Shown piece after piece: positions 20,042-28,534 of a stretch of DNA of 64,000 nucleotides. The notes below the pieces were generated by a model. It did no database searches and had not been told where the DNA came from. It was given only the letters and a program-made list of their open reading frames with translations. A program made the translations under genes and the position numbers. This stretch comes from Candidatus Rokuibacteriota bacterium (lineage in GTDB: Bacteria > Methylomirabilota > Methylomirabilia > Rokubacteriales > CSP1-6), in NCBI GenBank assembly GCA_003220265.1, contig QHRW01000115.1:83395-147394 (forward strand), given 5' to 3'. Every line of letters begins with the position of its first letter. The first letter of the stretch is position 1.

Positions 20042-20823
20042 CGGCGCTCGTCCTCGCCGCCGCGCTGCTCCTGTTGCCGCTGGCGGCGCGGGCAGACGAC
20101 GAGAAGGACAAGGTCCAGCCCGACCGCTCGGGCGCCGCGACGTCCACCAGCACGGTCGGCGCCGGCGCCGTCCAGATCGAGGCGGGATTCAACTATGGCC
20201 ACGAGCGCAGCGGCGGCGCCCCGACCGAGAAGCGCTTCGGGCTCGAGGCGGCCGTGCGCATCGGTCTCACCGAGGCCTTCGAAGTCGGCTTCATGGGCGA
20301 GCCGCTGGTGCGATTGCGCAACGAGGTGGACGACACCGGCCACGGCGACTTCATGCTCGTCGCCAAGTACCGGTTCTTCGATCCGCCGCAAGGCTCACCG
20401 TGGCCGTCGCTGGCCGTTCTGCCGTTCGTGACGCTGCCGGTGACGGAGGAGCCGTTCGGCTCCGGCAAGACCGACTTCGGCGCGATCCTGCTCGCCAGCT
20501 TCGAGCTGCCGTGGCAGTTCAGCCTCGATCTGAACGCCGGCGTGGCGGCGATCGGGCAGAACCGACCCTCGGGCTATCTCGCGCAGGCCATCGTCCGCGG
20601 CGGCCTGTCGCGCGCCATCATCGAGAGCGTCACGCTGTTCACCGACCTGGTCTACACCTCGCGCGAGGAGCGCGAGGGCCGCGACACGGTCATCCTCGAC
20701 GCCGGCGTCATCTGGTGGCCGGCGCGCCGGGTGGCCCTCGATGCCTCGGTCGTGACGTCGCTGGCCGGCAACGCGCCCGACTGGACGGTCCGCGCCGGCG
20801 TCAGCGTCCGCTTCGGCCGTTGA
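20038..20823 (+). CDS. outer-membrane beta-barrel protein (MetA-pathway 'transporter'-like)
   Basis: Signal peptide MTALVLAAALLLLPLAARA, alternating beta-strand pattern, C-terminal VSVRFGR. Family call from memory. Confidence 0.6.
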   Translation: MTALVLAAALLLLPLAARADDEKDKVQPDRSGAATSTSTVGAGAVQIEAGFNYGHERSGGAPTEKRFGLEAAVRIGLTEAFEVGFMGEPLVRLRNEVDDTGHGDFMLVAKYRFFDPPQGSPWPSLAVLPFVTLPVTEEPFGSGKTDFGAILLASFELPWQFSLDLNAGVAAIGQNRPSGYLAQAIVRGGLSRAIIESVTLFTDLVYTSREEREGRDTVILDAGVIWWPARRVALDASVVTSLAGNAPDWTVRAGVSVRFGR

Positions 20824-22343
20824 GCGCCACGCCCTGCCTGATGCTGCAGGGCACGGGGTCGGGCGTGGGCAAGAGCCTGCTCGCGACGGCCTTCTGTCGC
20901 CTCTTCGCGCGCGCCGGCTATCGGGTGGCGCCATTCAAGGCGCAGAACATGTCGCTCAACGCGGCGGTGACCGCCGACGGCGGTGAGATCGGCCGCGCGC
21001 AGGCCGCGCAGGCGGCGGCGGCCGGCGTCGAGCCGACGGTGGACATGAATCCGATCCTCTTGAAGCCGGAGGGCGACGATCGCTCGCAGCTCGTGGTGCG
21101 CGGGCGGGCGCTCGATCGCGTGACATTTCGTGAGTACCGCGCCCGCCAGGCCGCCTTGAAGCCCGTCGTCGCCGAGTCCCTGGCGCGCGTGCGCGCGGCC
21201 GCCGACCTCGTCGTCATCGAGGGGGCCGGCAGTCCGGCCGAGATCAACCTGCGCGACGCCGACCTCGTCAACATGCACGTGGCGCGCATCGCCGGGGCGC
21301 CCGTGCTGCTGGTCGGCGACATCGATCGCGGCGGGGTCTTCGCGGCGCTCGTCGGGACGCTGGCGCTGCTGGAACCCGCGGACCGTGCGCGCGTGGCAGG
21401 CCTGGTGATCAACCGTTTTCGCGGCGACGCGTCCGTGCTGACGCCCGGGCTCGAGGAGCTGCGCGCGCTGACCGGCGTGCCGGTGCTGGGCGTCGTGCCG
21501 TGGATCGCCGACCGGCTCGTTCCGGCCGAGGACTCGCTCGATCTCGAGGAGATGCCGGCGATCTCCGGCGACGTCCTTGTCGACGTCGCGGTGGTGCGCC
21601 TGCCGCGCATCGCCAATTTCGACGACTTCGACTGGCTGGCCGCCGAGCCGGGCGTGCGCGTGCGCTGGGTGACGACACCCGCGGCGCTCGACGGCGCGGA
21701 TCTCGTCGTCCTCCCCGGCAGCAAGAGCACCGTCGCCGACCTCGCCTGGCTCCGCGCCCGTGAGCTGGCGGACGCGATCGTCGGCGCGGCGGCCGCGGGG
21801 CGCGCCGTGCTCGGCGTCTGCGGCGGCTACCAGATGCTCGGCCGCACGCTGCGCGATCCCGACGGCGTGGAATCGCCGGTGGCCGAGGCGCCCGGCCTCG
21901 GCCTGCTGCCGATCGAGACGACGTTTGTGCGCGAGAAGACGACGGTCCGGGTGCGCGTGCGGGCCACGGCACATTCCGGGCCGTTCGCCGAGGCGTCCGG
22001 CATCGTCGGCGACGCGTACGAGATCCACGCCGGCCTCACGCGTGTTCTCACGCCGGAGGGAACGCCGCCGTTCGCGATCGTCGAGCGGGGCGGCGCTCCG
22101 GCCGATGGGTTCGACGGCGCCATGGTCGGCGCGGTCGCCGGTACGTACCTGCACGGCGTGCTCGCCAGCGGCGCCGTGCGTCGCGCGCTGCTTCGCTGGC
22201 TGGCCGCGCGCGCCGGCCGCGCACCGCACCTGGAGTGGGGGAGCGCGGCGTCACGCGTGACGCGCTGGGATCGTCTCGCCGATATTGTCGCGGGCGCGCT
22301 GGACGTCAGGGCCGTCGGCAAGCTCGTCGGCCGTCCGCTCTGA
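20820..22343 (+). CDS. cobQ: cobyric acid synthase
   Basis: GTGSGVGKS and FKAQNMSLNA, with a C-terminal GATase (GVCGGYQMLG). Start is TTG 20820 (TTGA overlap) or ATG 20841. Confidence 0.9.
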   Translation: MSATPCLMLQGTGSGVGKSLLATAFCRLFARAGYRVAPFKAQNMSLNAAVTADGGEIGRAQAAQAAAAGVEPTVDMNPILLKPEGDDRSQLVVRGRALDRVTFREYRARQAALKPVVAESLARVRAAADLVVIEGAGSPAEINLRDADLVNMHVARIAGAPVLLVGDIDRGGVFAALVGTLALLEPADRARVAGLVINRFRGDASVLTPGLEELRALTGVPVLGVVPWIADRLVPAEDSLDLEEMPAISGDVLVDVAVVRLPRIANFDDFDWLAAEPGVRVRWVTTPAALDGADLVVLPGSKSTVADLAWLRARELADAIVGAAAAGRAVLGVCGGYQMLGRTLRDPDGVESPVAEAPGLGLLPIETTFVREKTTVRVRVRATAHSGPFAEASGIVGDAYEIHAGLTRVLTPEGTPPFAIVERGGAPADGFDGAMVGAVAGTYLHGVLASGAVRRALLRWLAARAGRAPHLEWGSAASRVTRWDRLADIVAGALDVRAVGKLVGRPL

Positions 22344-22349
22344 GGGCTG

Positions 22350-23270
22350 GTGTCGCCGGCGCTCCACGCCGTCGGGGTCGTGCTGCTCGCGGTCGCCATC
22401 GACCTGGCCTTCGGGGATCCGCCCGATCGCTGGCACCCGGTCGCGTGGATCGGCCGCGCACTGTCGGCCGGGCGCGAGCGGCTCTGCGATGGTTCGCCGA
22501 CCGTGCTCTTCGTTTCGGGAGGCGCGCTGACGCTGGGCGTGATCGCGCTGGCCGCGCTGGCGGGTGGCCTCGTCGCACTGCTGGGGCACACGCTCGGCGT
22601 GGCCGGCGTGGTGGTCGAGGCCGCCGCGCTCAAATCGACCCTCGCGCTGCGCGACCTCGCGCGGGCCGCGCGCGGCGTGTCCACCGCGCTCGCCGCACAT
22701 GACCTCGCCGGCGCTCGCACGCAGCTCGGCTTCCACCTGGTGAGCCGTCCGACGGCCGCGCTGGACGCAAGCCAGGTGGCCTCGGGTGCGATCGAGTCGA
22801 TGGCCGAAAACCTCACCGACGCTTTCGTCGCGCCGCTGCTCTTCTATCTCGTCCTCGGCCTCCCGGGCGCGCTCGCCTATCGCGCGCTCAACACCGCCGA
22901 CACCATGCTCGGCTATCACGACGGCCCGCTCGAGTACTTCGGCAAGCTCGCCGCTAAACTCGACGACCTCGCGAATCTCATCCCCGCGCCGCTCGCCGCC
23001 GTCGCCATCGTCGCAGCCGCCGGCAATGCGGCTCGCGCCGCGTGGTGGGCGATGATCCGCGACCACGATCGCACCGCCAGCCCCAACGCCGGCTGGACCA
23101 TGTCCGCCACCGCCGGCGCCCTCGACCTCACGCTGGAGAAGCCCGGCGCCTACCGACTGGGCCACGGCCGCCCCCCAACCGCGTCCGACATCGACCAGTC
23201 GATTCGCCTCATCGCTACCGCCTCCGTGATCTTCCTGGCCGTGGTCATGCTAATACGACTGATCATCTAA
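22350..23270 (+). CDS. cbiB: adenosylcobinamide-phosphate synthase
   Basis: Polytopic protein with DPPDRWHPVAWIG, NTADTMLGY and SPNAGW motifs. Confidence 0.9.
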   Translation: MSPALHAVGVVLLAVAIDLAFGDPPDRWHPVAWIGRALSAGRERLCDGSPTVLFVSGGALTLGVIALAALAGGLVALLGHTLGVAGVVVEAAALKSTLALRDLARAARGVSTALAAHDLAGARTQLGFHLVSRPTAALDASQVASGAIESMAENLTDAFVAPLLFYLVLGLPGALAYRALNTADTMLGYHDGPLEYFGKLAAKLDDLANLIPAPLAAVAIVAAAGNAARAAWWAMIRDHDRTASPNAGWTMSATAGALDLTLEKPGAYRLGHGRPPTASDIDQSIRLIATASVIFLAVVMLIRLII

Positions 23271-23400
23271 TTAGTTTGAAACAACAGTTATTTAATAAAG
23301 ATCATCTGAGACTCGAAGCGAGCTTCCCTCGCTGTATGCGCCCGTGCCGACAGGCCGACGGCAGAACGGCGTCCGAGGCACACTCACACCACGCGGCAGT

Positions 23401-23553
23401 GGCGCGGGCCGCCGTGGCGGGGCCGCGGGGGTCCGCCGACCCGTTCCCGCTAACGTCGGCACGCGCGACGGTGGAAAGGAATCGCGTCAAACGATCTTCG
23501 CTCCGCGCTCGTGGTCGCCGGACCCCCGCGGCCCCGGCGCGGCGGCCCGCGCC
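23401..23553. repeat. 153-bp palindromic (MITE/REP-like) element, copy A
   Basis: 40-bp GC-rich arms GGCGCGGGCCGCCGTGGCGGGGCCGCGGGGGTCCGCCGAC (23401-23440) and GTCGCCGGACCCCCGCGGCCCCGGCGCGGCGGCCCGCGCC (23514-23553) are near-perfect reverse complements. The core is alignable with copy B at 28979-29133 in the opposite orientation. Confidence 0.8.
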
Positions 23554-23729
23554 ACGCCCGCCGCGCTGAGCAGTGTGCGTCTGAAGCGTGCGCGCCGCGA
23601 CGATGAACGAGCGGGCTCGTGACGAGTGCGGCACGATGCAGAGACAGCGCAGGTTTTTCTTGTGATGACTGCTGGAAGCGAGCCGTATGATGAGGCGGAT
23701 TCGCCGCCACCGTGCGGCGTTCTGTGTCT

Positions 23730-25427
23730 ATGAGCCTGACTGACCGCTTGACACAGGGAGTGCAGAGCGCGCTCGTCGCGGCCGGCCTGCCGCCGGCTCC
23801 GGACTGTGCCTGGGAAGTTCCGCGCCAGGCCGAGCACGGCGACTATGCGACCAACGTCGCCATGACGCACGCCAAGACCGCGCGGCGCGCGCCGCGCCAG
23901 ATCGCCGACGCGATCGTGAAGCACTTCCCGCCGCTGGATGCGGTCGCCCGCCTGGAGATCGCCGGCCCCGGCTTCCTCAACGTGTTCCTGTCGCCCGCGT
24001 GGGTGGCGGCGTCGCTGCGCGAGGTGCTGGCGGCGGGCGCCGAGTACGGCCGTGGCGCCGATCTCGCGGGCCAGCGCGTGCGGCTGGAGTTCGTCTCGGC
24101 GAATCCCACCGGCCCGCTCGTGATCGTCAACGCGCGCGCGGCGGCCATCGGCGACGCGATGGCGCGCATGCTGCGCGCGCGCGGTGCGCGTGTCACGACC
24201 GAGTACTACATCAACGATGCCGGCAATCAGTTCGAGGCGCTGGCGCGCTCGTTCGAAGCGCGTATCCGCCAGGCGGTCGGCGAGGCGGTCCCGTTCCCGG
24301 ACAACGGCTACCCCGGCGAGTACCTGATCGACCTCGCCGGCGAGTACGTGCGCGAGCACGGACTGGACGGGGCCGCGGCGCTGCAGGCGCATCTCGACCA
24401 GTGGACCAAGGAGGGCGGCGCGAGCGCAACCGAGCGACTGGGCCGCTGGGCGGTCGCGCGGATGGTCGAGGGCCAGCGCCGCGTGCTTGCGGACTACGGC
24501 GTGACGTTCGACGTGTGGTCCTCCGAGCAGCACGACGTCCGCGATCGTGGGCTGGCCGACAAGATCCTCGACGAGCTGAACACGCGCGGCCTCACGTACG
24601 AGCAGGACGGCGCGCTCTGGTTCCGCGCGACGGAGGCCGGCGAGGACGTGAGCGACGACAAGGACCGCGTGCTGCGACGGAGCGCGGGCGGTCCCACCTA
24701 CTTCGCCGTGGACATCGCCTATCACCACTACGTGAAGTTCGCGGGGGCCGACCGGCTGATCAACCTGCTCGGCCCGGACCACCACGGCTACGTGGCGCGG
24801 ATTCGCGCCGCCATGCAGGCGCTCGGCCATCCGCCGGAGGCCTTCGAGGTGCTGATCGTGCAGCTCGTGACGCTGCTGCGCGACGGCCAGCCGGTGCGCA
24901 TGTCCAAGCGGCGCGGCGAGTTCGTGCTGATGGAGGAGCTCCTGGAGGAGGTCGGCCGCGACGCCGCCCGCTTCACGTTCCTCACGCGACGCCACGACAG
25001 CCCGCTCGAGTTCGACCTCGCGGTGGCGACGCGCCAGTCGAGCGATAACCCCGTCTACTACGTGCAGTACGCGCACGCGCGCATCCGCTCCATCGCGCGG
25101 CAGATGGCCGAGCAGGGGATCGACGTCCCGGCCTGGGACGCGATCGACCTGGGGGCGCTGACCGAGCCCGAGGAGCAGGCGCTCATCAAGCGGCTGCTCG
25201 ACTATCCGGAAGTCGTGCGCGGCGCCGCCCGCGCGCGCGAGCCGCATCGGATCGCCTTCTGGCTGCAGGAGCTCGCGGGGGCGTTCCATCCTTATTACAA
25301 GGCCCACCGCGTGATCCAGGACGACCGCCGCCTGATGCTCGCGCGCTTCGCGCTGTGCACGGCGGTCGGCCGGGTGATCGCCAACGGCCTCGAGCTGCTC
25401 GGCGTCTCGGCGCCGGAGACGATGTGA
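23730..25427 (+). CDS. argS: arginine--tRNA ligase
   Basis: FVSANPTGPL..., INDAGNQF, RMSKRRGEF and a DALR-type C-terminus. 565 aa. The HIGH position reads VIVN (see findings). Confidence 0.93.
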   Translation: MSLTDRLTQGVQSALVAAGLPPAPDCAWEVPRQAEHGDYATNVAMTHAKTARRAPRQIADAIVKHFPPLDAVARLEIAGPGFLNVFLSPAWVAASLREVLAAGAEYGRGADLAGQRVRLEFVSANPTGPLVIVNARAAAIGDAMARMLRARGARVTTEYYINDAGNQFEALARSFEARIRQAVGEAVPFPDNGYPGEYLIDLAGEYVREHGLDGAAALQAHLDQWTKEGGASATERLGRWAVARMVEGQRRVLADYGVTFDVWSSEQHDVRDRGLADKILDELNTRGLTYEQDGALWFRATEAGEDVSDDKDRVLRRSAGGPTYFAVDIAYHHYVKFAGADRLINLLGPDHHGYVARIRAAMQALGHPPEAFEVLIVQLVTLLRDGQPVRMSKRRGEFVLMEELLEEVGRDAARFTFLTRRHDSPLEFDLAVATRQSSDNPVYYVQYAHARIRSIARQMAEQGIDVPAWDAIDLGALTEPEEQALIKRLLDYPEVVRGAARAREPHRIAFWLQELAGAFHPYYKAHRVIQDDRRLMLARFALCTAVGRVIANGLELLGVSAPETM

Positions 25428-26092
25428 TGGCGGCCCGGCGCCGCGGCGGCAGCCGGACGGGAACCTTCCTGGTGCTGATGGGCATCGTCGGCGTGCTGAC
25501 CGTGACGTTCGGCGTCGGCGTGTGGACGGGCCACAACTGGCCGGTGCTGTTCGGCGACGCCAAGGCGCCCGCCACCGCCCCCACGCCGTCGCGCCGGACC
25601 GCCGCTGAGCGGCCGAGACCCGCCGACGCGCTGCCCGCGCTGACCTTCTACGACGAGCTGAAGGCGCCGCTGACGGCGCCGCCCCCGCCGGCGAAGATCG
25701 CGAAACGTCCCAGGCCCGCAGAACCGGTCCGCCACGAGGCGGCCACCGAGGCGACATCCCCGGTCGACGCCGCCGCGCCGCCGGCATCGGTGGGTCCCGA
25801 ACCCATGGCGCCGAGCACCCCGGCGCCCGCCGCCGTCGCCACGCCCGTCAGCGACGGGCCGTCACGCTTCACCGTCCAGGTCGGCGCCTACAACGTGCGA
25901 ACGCCGGCCGACGCGCTGCGCTCGATGCTGGCCTCGGCCGGCCACGAGGCGCGCGTGGTGGAAGCGGTCACGCCCACCGGCGTCCGCTATCGCGTGCAGG
26001 TCGGCACGTTCGTGACGCGCCAGGCCGCGCAGGACGCGGCCGCCCGCCTCGGGGCCGAGCGGGCGCTGCAGACCTTCGTGACGACCCGCTGA
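25427..26092 (+). CDS. SPOR-domain membrane protein
   Basis: TM anchor, Pro/Ala-rich linker, and a C-terminal SPOR fold signature (FTVQVGAYNVRTPADAL...YRVQVGTF). Confidence 0.8.
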   Translation: MAARRRGGSRTGTFLVLMGIVGVLTVTFGVGVWTGHNWPVLFGDAKAPATAPTPSRRTAAERPRPADALPALTFYDELKAPLTAPPPPAKIAKRPRPAEPVRHEAATEATSPVDAAAPPASVGPEPMAPSTPAPAAVATPVSDGPSRFTVQVGAYNVRTPADALRSMLASAGHEARVVEAVTPTGVRYRVQVGTFVTRQAAQDAAARLGAERALQTFVTTR

Positions 26093-26096
26093 GCGC

Positions 26097-26624
26097 ATGG
26101 CGCGCCCGGGGCGGATCCTCATCAGCGAGCCCGAGCTGAAGGCGCGGATCGGCGAGCTGGGGGCCGACCTGGCCCGGGACTACGGCCGGGGCCCCAGCAG
26201 CCCCATCGTCGTCGGCGTGCTGCAGGGCGCCTTTCTCTTCATGGCCGACCTGGTCCGGGCCACGCAGATCGACCTCACGACCGACTTCATCGGCGTGGTG
26301 AGCTACGCCGGCGCCCAATCCTCCGGGCACGTCCGGATCGTGTCCGACCTGAGCATGTCGATCGAGGGGCGCGACGTCCTCGTGGTCGAGGACATCGTGG
26401 ACACCGGTCTCACCCTGACCTACCTGAAGCGGACGCTGGAGGCGCGGCATCCCCGGAGCCTGCGCGTGTGCGTCCTGGTCGACAAGGTCGAGCGTCGCAA
26501 GGTGGACGTGGGGCTCGACTACGTGGGGTTCACCATCCCCAACGTGTTCGTGGTCGGCTACGGGTTCGACTACGAGGGCCTCTACCGCAACCTGCCCTAC
26601 GTGGCGGCGCTGGAGGGCGAGTGA
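26097..26624 (+). CDS. hpt: hypoxanthine phosphoribosyltransferase
   Basis: PRPP motif [13 protein letters not shown]. 175 aa. Confidence 0.9.
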   Translation: MARPGRILISEPELKARIGELGADLARDYGRGPSSPIVVGVLQGAFLFMADLVRATQIDLTTDFIGVVSYAGAQSSGHVRIVSDLSMSIEGRDVLVVEDIVDTGLTLTYLKRTLEARHPRSLRVCVLVDKVERRKVDVGLDYVGFTIPNVFVVGYGFDYEGLYRNLPYVAALEGE

Positions 26625-26664
26625 GGCGCGGGACGCCCCGCTGCAGTGCGTCGTTTCGACCCCG

Positions 26665-26673
26665 TGCTACAAT
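26665..26673 (+). promoter_or_regulatory. possible extended -10 promoter element for ftsH (near-leaderless)
   Basis: TGcTACAAT ends 9 nt before ATG 26683. No good -35 was seen. Confidence 0.3.
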
Positions 26674-26682
26674 CGAAATCGC

Positions 26683-28500
26683 ATGAATCAGGTTTACAAA
26701 AACCTTGCCCTGTTCATGGTGATCGGCCTCATCGTCATCCTGCTCTTCACCGTGTTCAGCACCTCCCAGCAGGGCGGCCAGGAATCGCCGAACTTCTCGG
26801 AATTCCTGCGCCATGTCGAGCTGGGCCGGGTAGAGTCGGTGACCATCCGGGACAAGCTGGTGACCTACACGCTGAAGGACGGCGGCCAGCCGATGCGCAC
26901 CTTCATCGTGGACTACCCCGACCTCATCAAGATGCTGCGCGAGCGCGGCGTCCGGATCGCGGTGAAGCCGCCGGACTCGAACCCCTGGTACACGATCGTG
27001 CTCCAGTGGTTCCCGATGCTGCTCTTCATCGGAGTCTGGATCTTCTTCATGCGCCAGATGCAGGGCGGCGGCGCCAAGGCCCTGAGTTTCGGAAAAGCAA
27101 GAGCACGTCTGATTTCGGAGAAACAAAACAAGATCACGTTCCAGGACGTCGCGGGTGTCGACGAGGCCAAGGAAGAGCTCCGCGAAATCATCGACTTCCT
27201 GAAAGATCCTCAGAAGTTCCAGAAGCTCGGCGGCAAGATCCCCAAGGGCGTGCTGCTAGTCGGCCCTCCCGGAACCGGGAAGACGCTTCTCGCAAAGGCG
27301 ATTGCGGGTGAAGCAAACGTTCCGTTCTTTTCGATTTCAGGGTCCGACTTCGTCGAGATGTTCGTGGGCGTCGGGGCGTCCCGCGTGCGCGACCTCTTCG
27401 AGCAAGGCAAGAAGCACGCCCCTTGTATCATCTTCATGGACGAGATCGACGCGGTCGGCCGGCATCGCGGCGCCGGTCTGGGCGGCGGCCACGACGAACG
27501 CGAGCAGACGCTGAACCAGCTCCTCGTCGAGATGGACGGCTTCGAGACCAACGAAGGCGTCATCCTGATCGCGGCGACGAACCGTCCGGACGTGCTCGAC
27601 CCGGCACTGCTCAGACCGGGACGATTCGATCGACAGGTCGTCGTGCCGAGACCAGACGTCAAGGGACGCGAAGAAATCTTGCGTGTGCACGCGCGCCGCA
27701 TCCCGCTGGCCCCTAATGTCGATCTCAAGGTGCTGGCGCGCGGCACGCCCGGGTTCTCTGGCGCGGATCTCGCCAACCTCGTCAACGAGGCGGCGCTGCT
27801 GGCGGCGCGGCAGAACAAGAAACTCGTCGAGATGCTCGACTTCGAGAACGCCAAGGACAAGGTCCTCATGGGCGTCGAGCGGCGCTCGATGATCATCTCC
27901 GACACCGAGAAGCGCACGATCGCCTATCACGAGGCGGGCCATGCCCTGGTTGCCGACTTTCTGCCGGGCGCCGACCCGCTGCACAAGGTGACGATCATCC
28001 CGCGCGGGCGCGCGCTCGGGCTCACCATGCAGCTGCCGATGGACGACAAGTACAACTACTCGCGCGAGTACCTGATCAACCGGATCACGATCCTGCTCGG
28101 CGGCCGCTCCGCGGAGGAGATCGTCCTCAAGCAGCAGACGACCGGTGCCGGCGACGACCTGGAGAAGGCCACCGAGATGGCCCGCAAGATGGTCTGCGAG
28201 TGGGGCATGTCGGACAAGCTGGGACCGCTCACCTTCGGCAAGAACGAGGAGCACATCTTCCTCGGTCGCGAGGTGGCGCGGGCCAAGGACTACAGCGAAG
28301 AGACCGCCCAGGCGATCGACGTCGAGATCAAGCGGCTCATCGTCGACTGCGCGACGCGGGCGCGCCAGATCCTCGAGGAGAACATCGAGAAGCTCCACGC
28401 CCTCGCGCGGGCCCTGCTGGAGCGTGAGTCCCTCGACTCCGAGGAGATTGCCCGGATCCTGCGCGCGCAGCCGTTCCAGGAAGCGCCAGCCCCGGCCTGA
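26683..28500 (+). CDS. ftsH: ATP-dependent zinc metalloprotease FtsH
   Basis: Two N-terminal TMs, Walker [12 protein letters not shown] region, zinc motif HEAGHA. Confidence 0.97.
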   Translation: MNQVYKNLALFMVIGLIVILLFTVFSTSQQGGQESPNFSEFLRHVELGRVESVTIRDKLVTYTLKDGGQPMRTFIVDYPDLIKMLRERGVRIAVKPPDSNPWYTIVLQWFPMLLFIGVWIFFMRQMQGGGAKALSFGKARARLISEKQNKITFQDVAGVDEAKEELREIIDFLKDPQKFQKLGGKIPKGVLLVGPPGTGKTLLAKAIAGEANVPFFSISGSDFVEMFVGVGASRVRDLFEQGKKHAPCIIFMDEIDAVGRHRGAGLGGGHDEREQTLNQLLVEMDGFETNEGVILIAATNRPDVLDPALLRPGRFDRQVVVPRPDVKGREEILRVHARRIPLAPNVDLKVLARGTPGFSGADLANLVNEAALLAARQNKKLVEMLDFENAKDKVLMGVERRSMIISDTEKRTIAYHEAGHALVADFLPGADPLHKVTIIPRGRALGLTMQLPMDDKYNYSREYLINRITILLGGRSAEEIVLKQQTTGAGDDLEKATEMARKMVCEWGMSDKLGPLTFGKNEEHIFLGREVARAKDYSEETAQAIDVEIKRLIVDCATRARQILEENIEKLHALARALLERESLDSEEIARILRAQPFQEAPAPA

Positions 28501-28534
28501 TCAGCAGGGGCCTGGCCGGCCTCTGTCATACGGT

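Noticed and set aside
23251-23260. TAATACGACT, identical to the first 10 nt of the T7 promoter. This could indicate vector contamination.
   Set aside because: The match stops after 10 nt (GATCATC follows instead of CACTATA). It lies inside the cbiB coding frame (…MLIRLII), so it is most likely coincidence.
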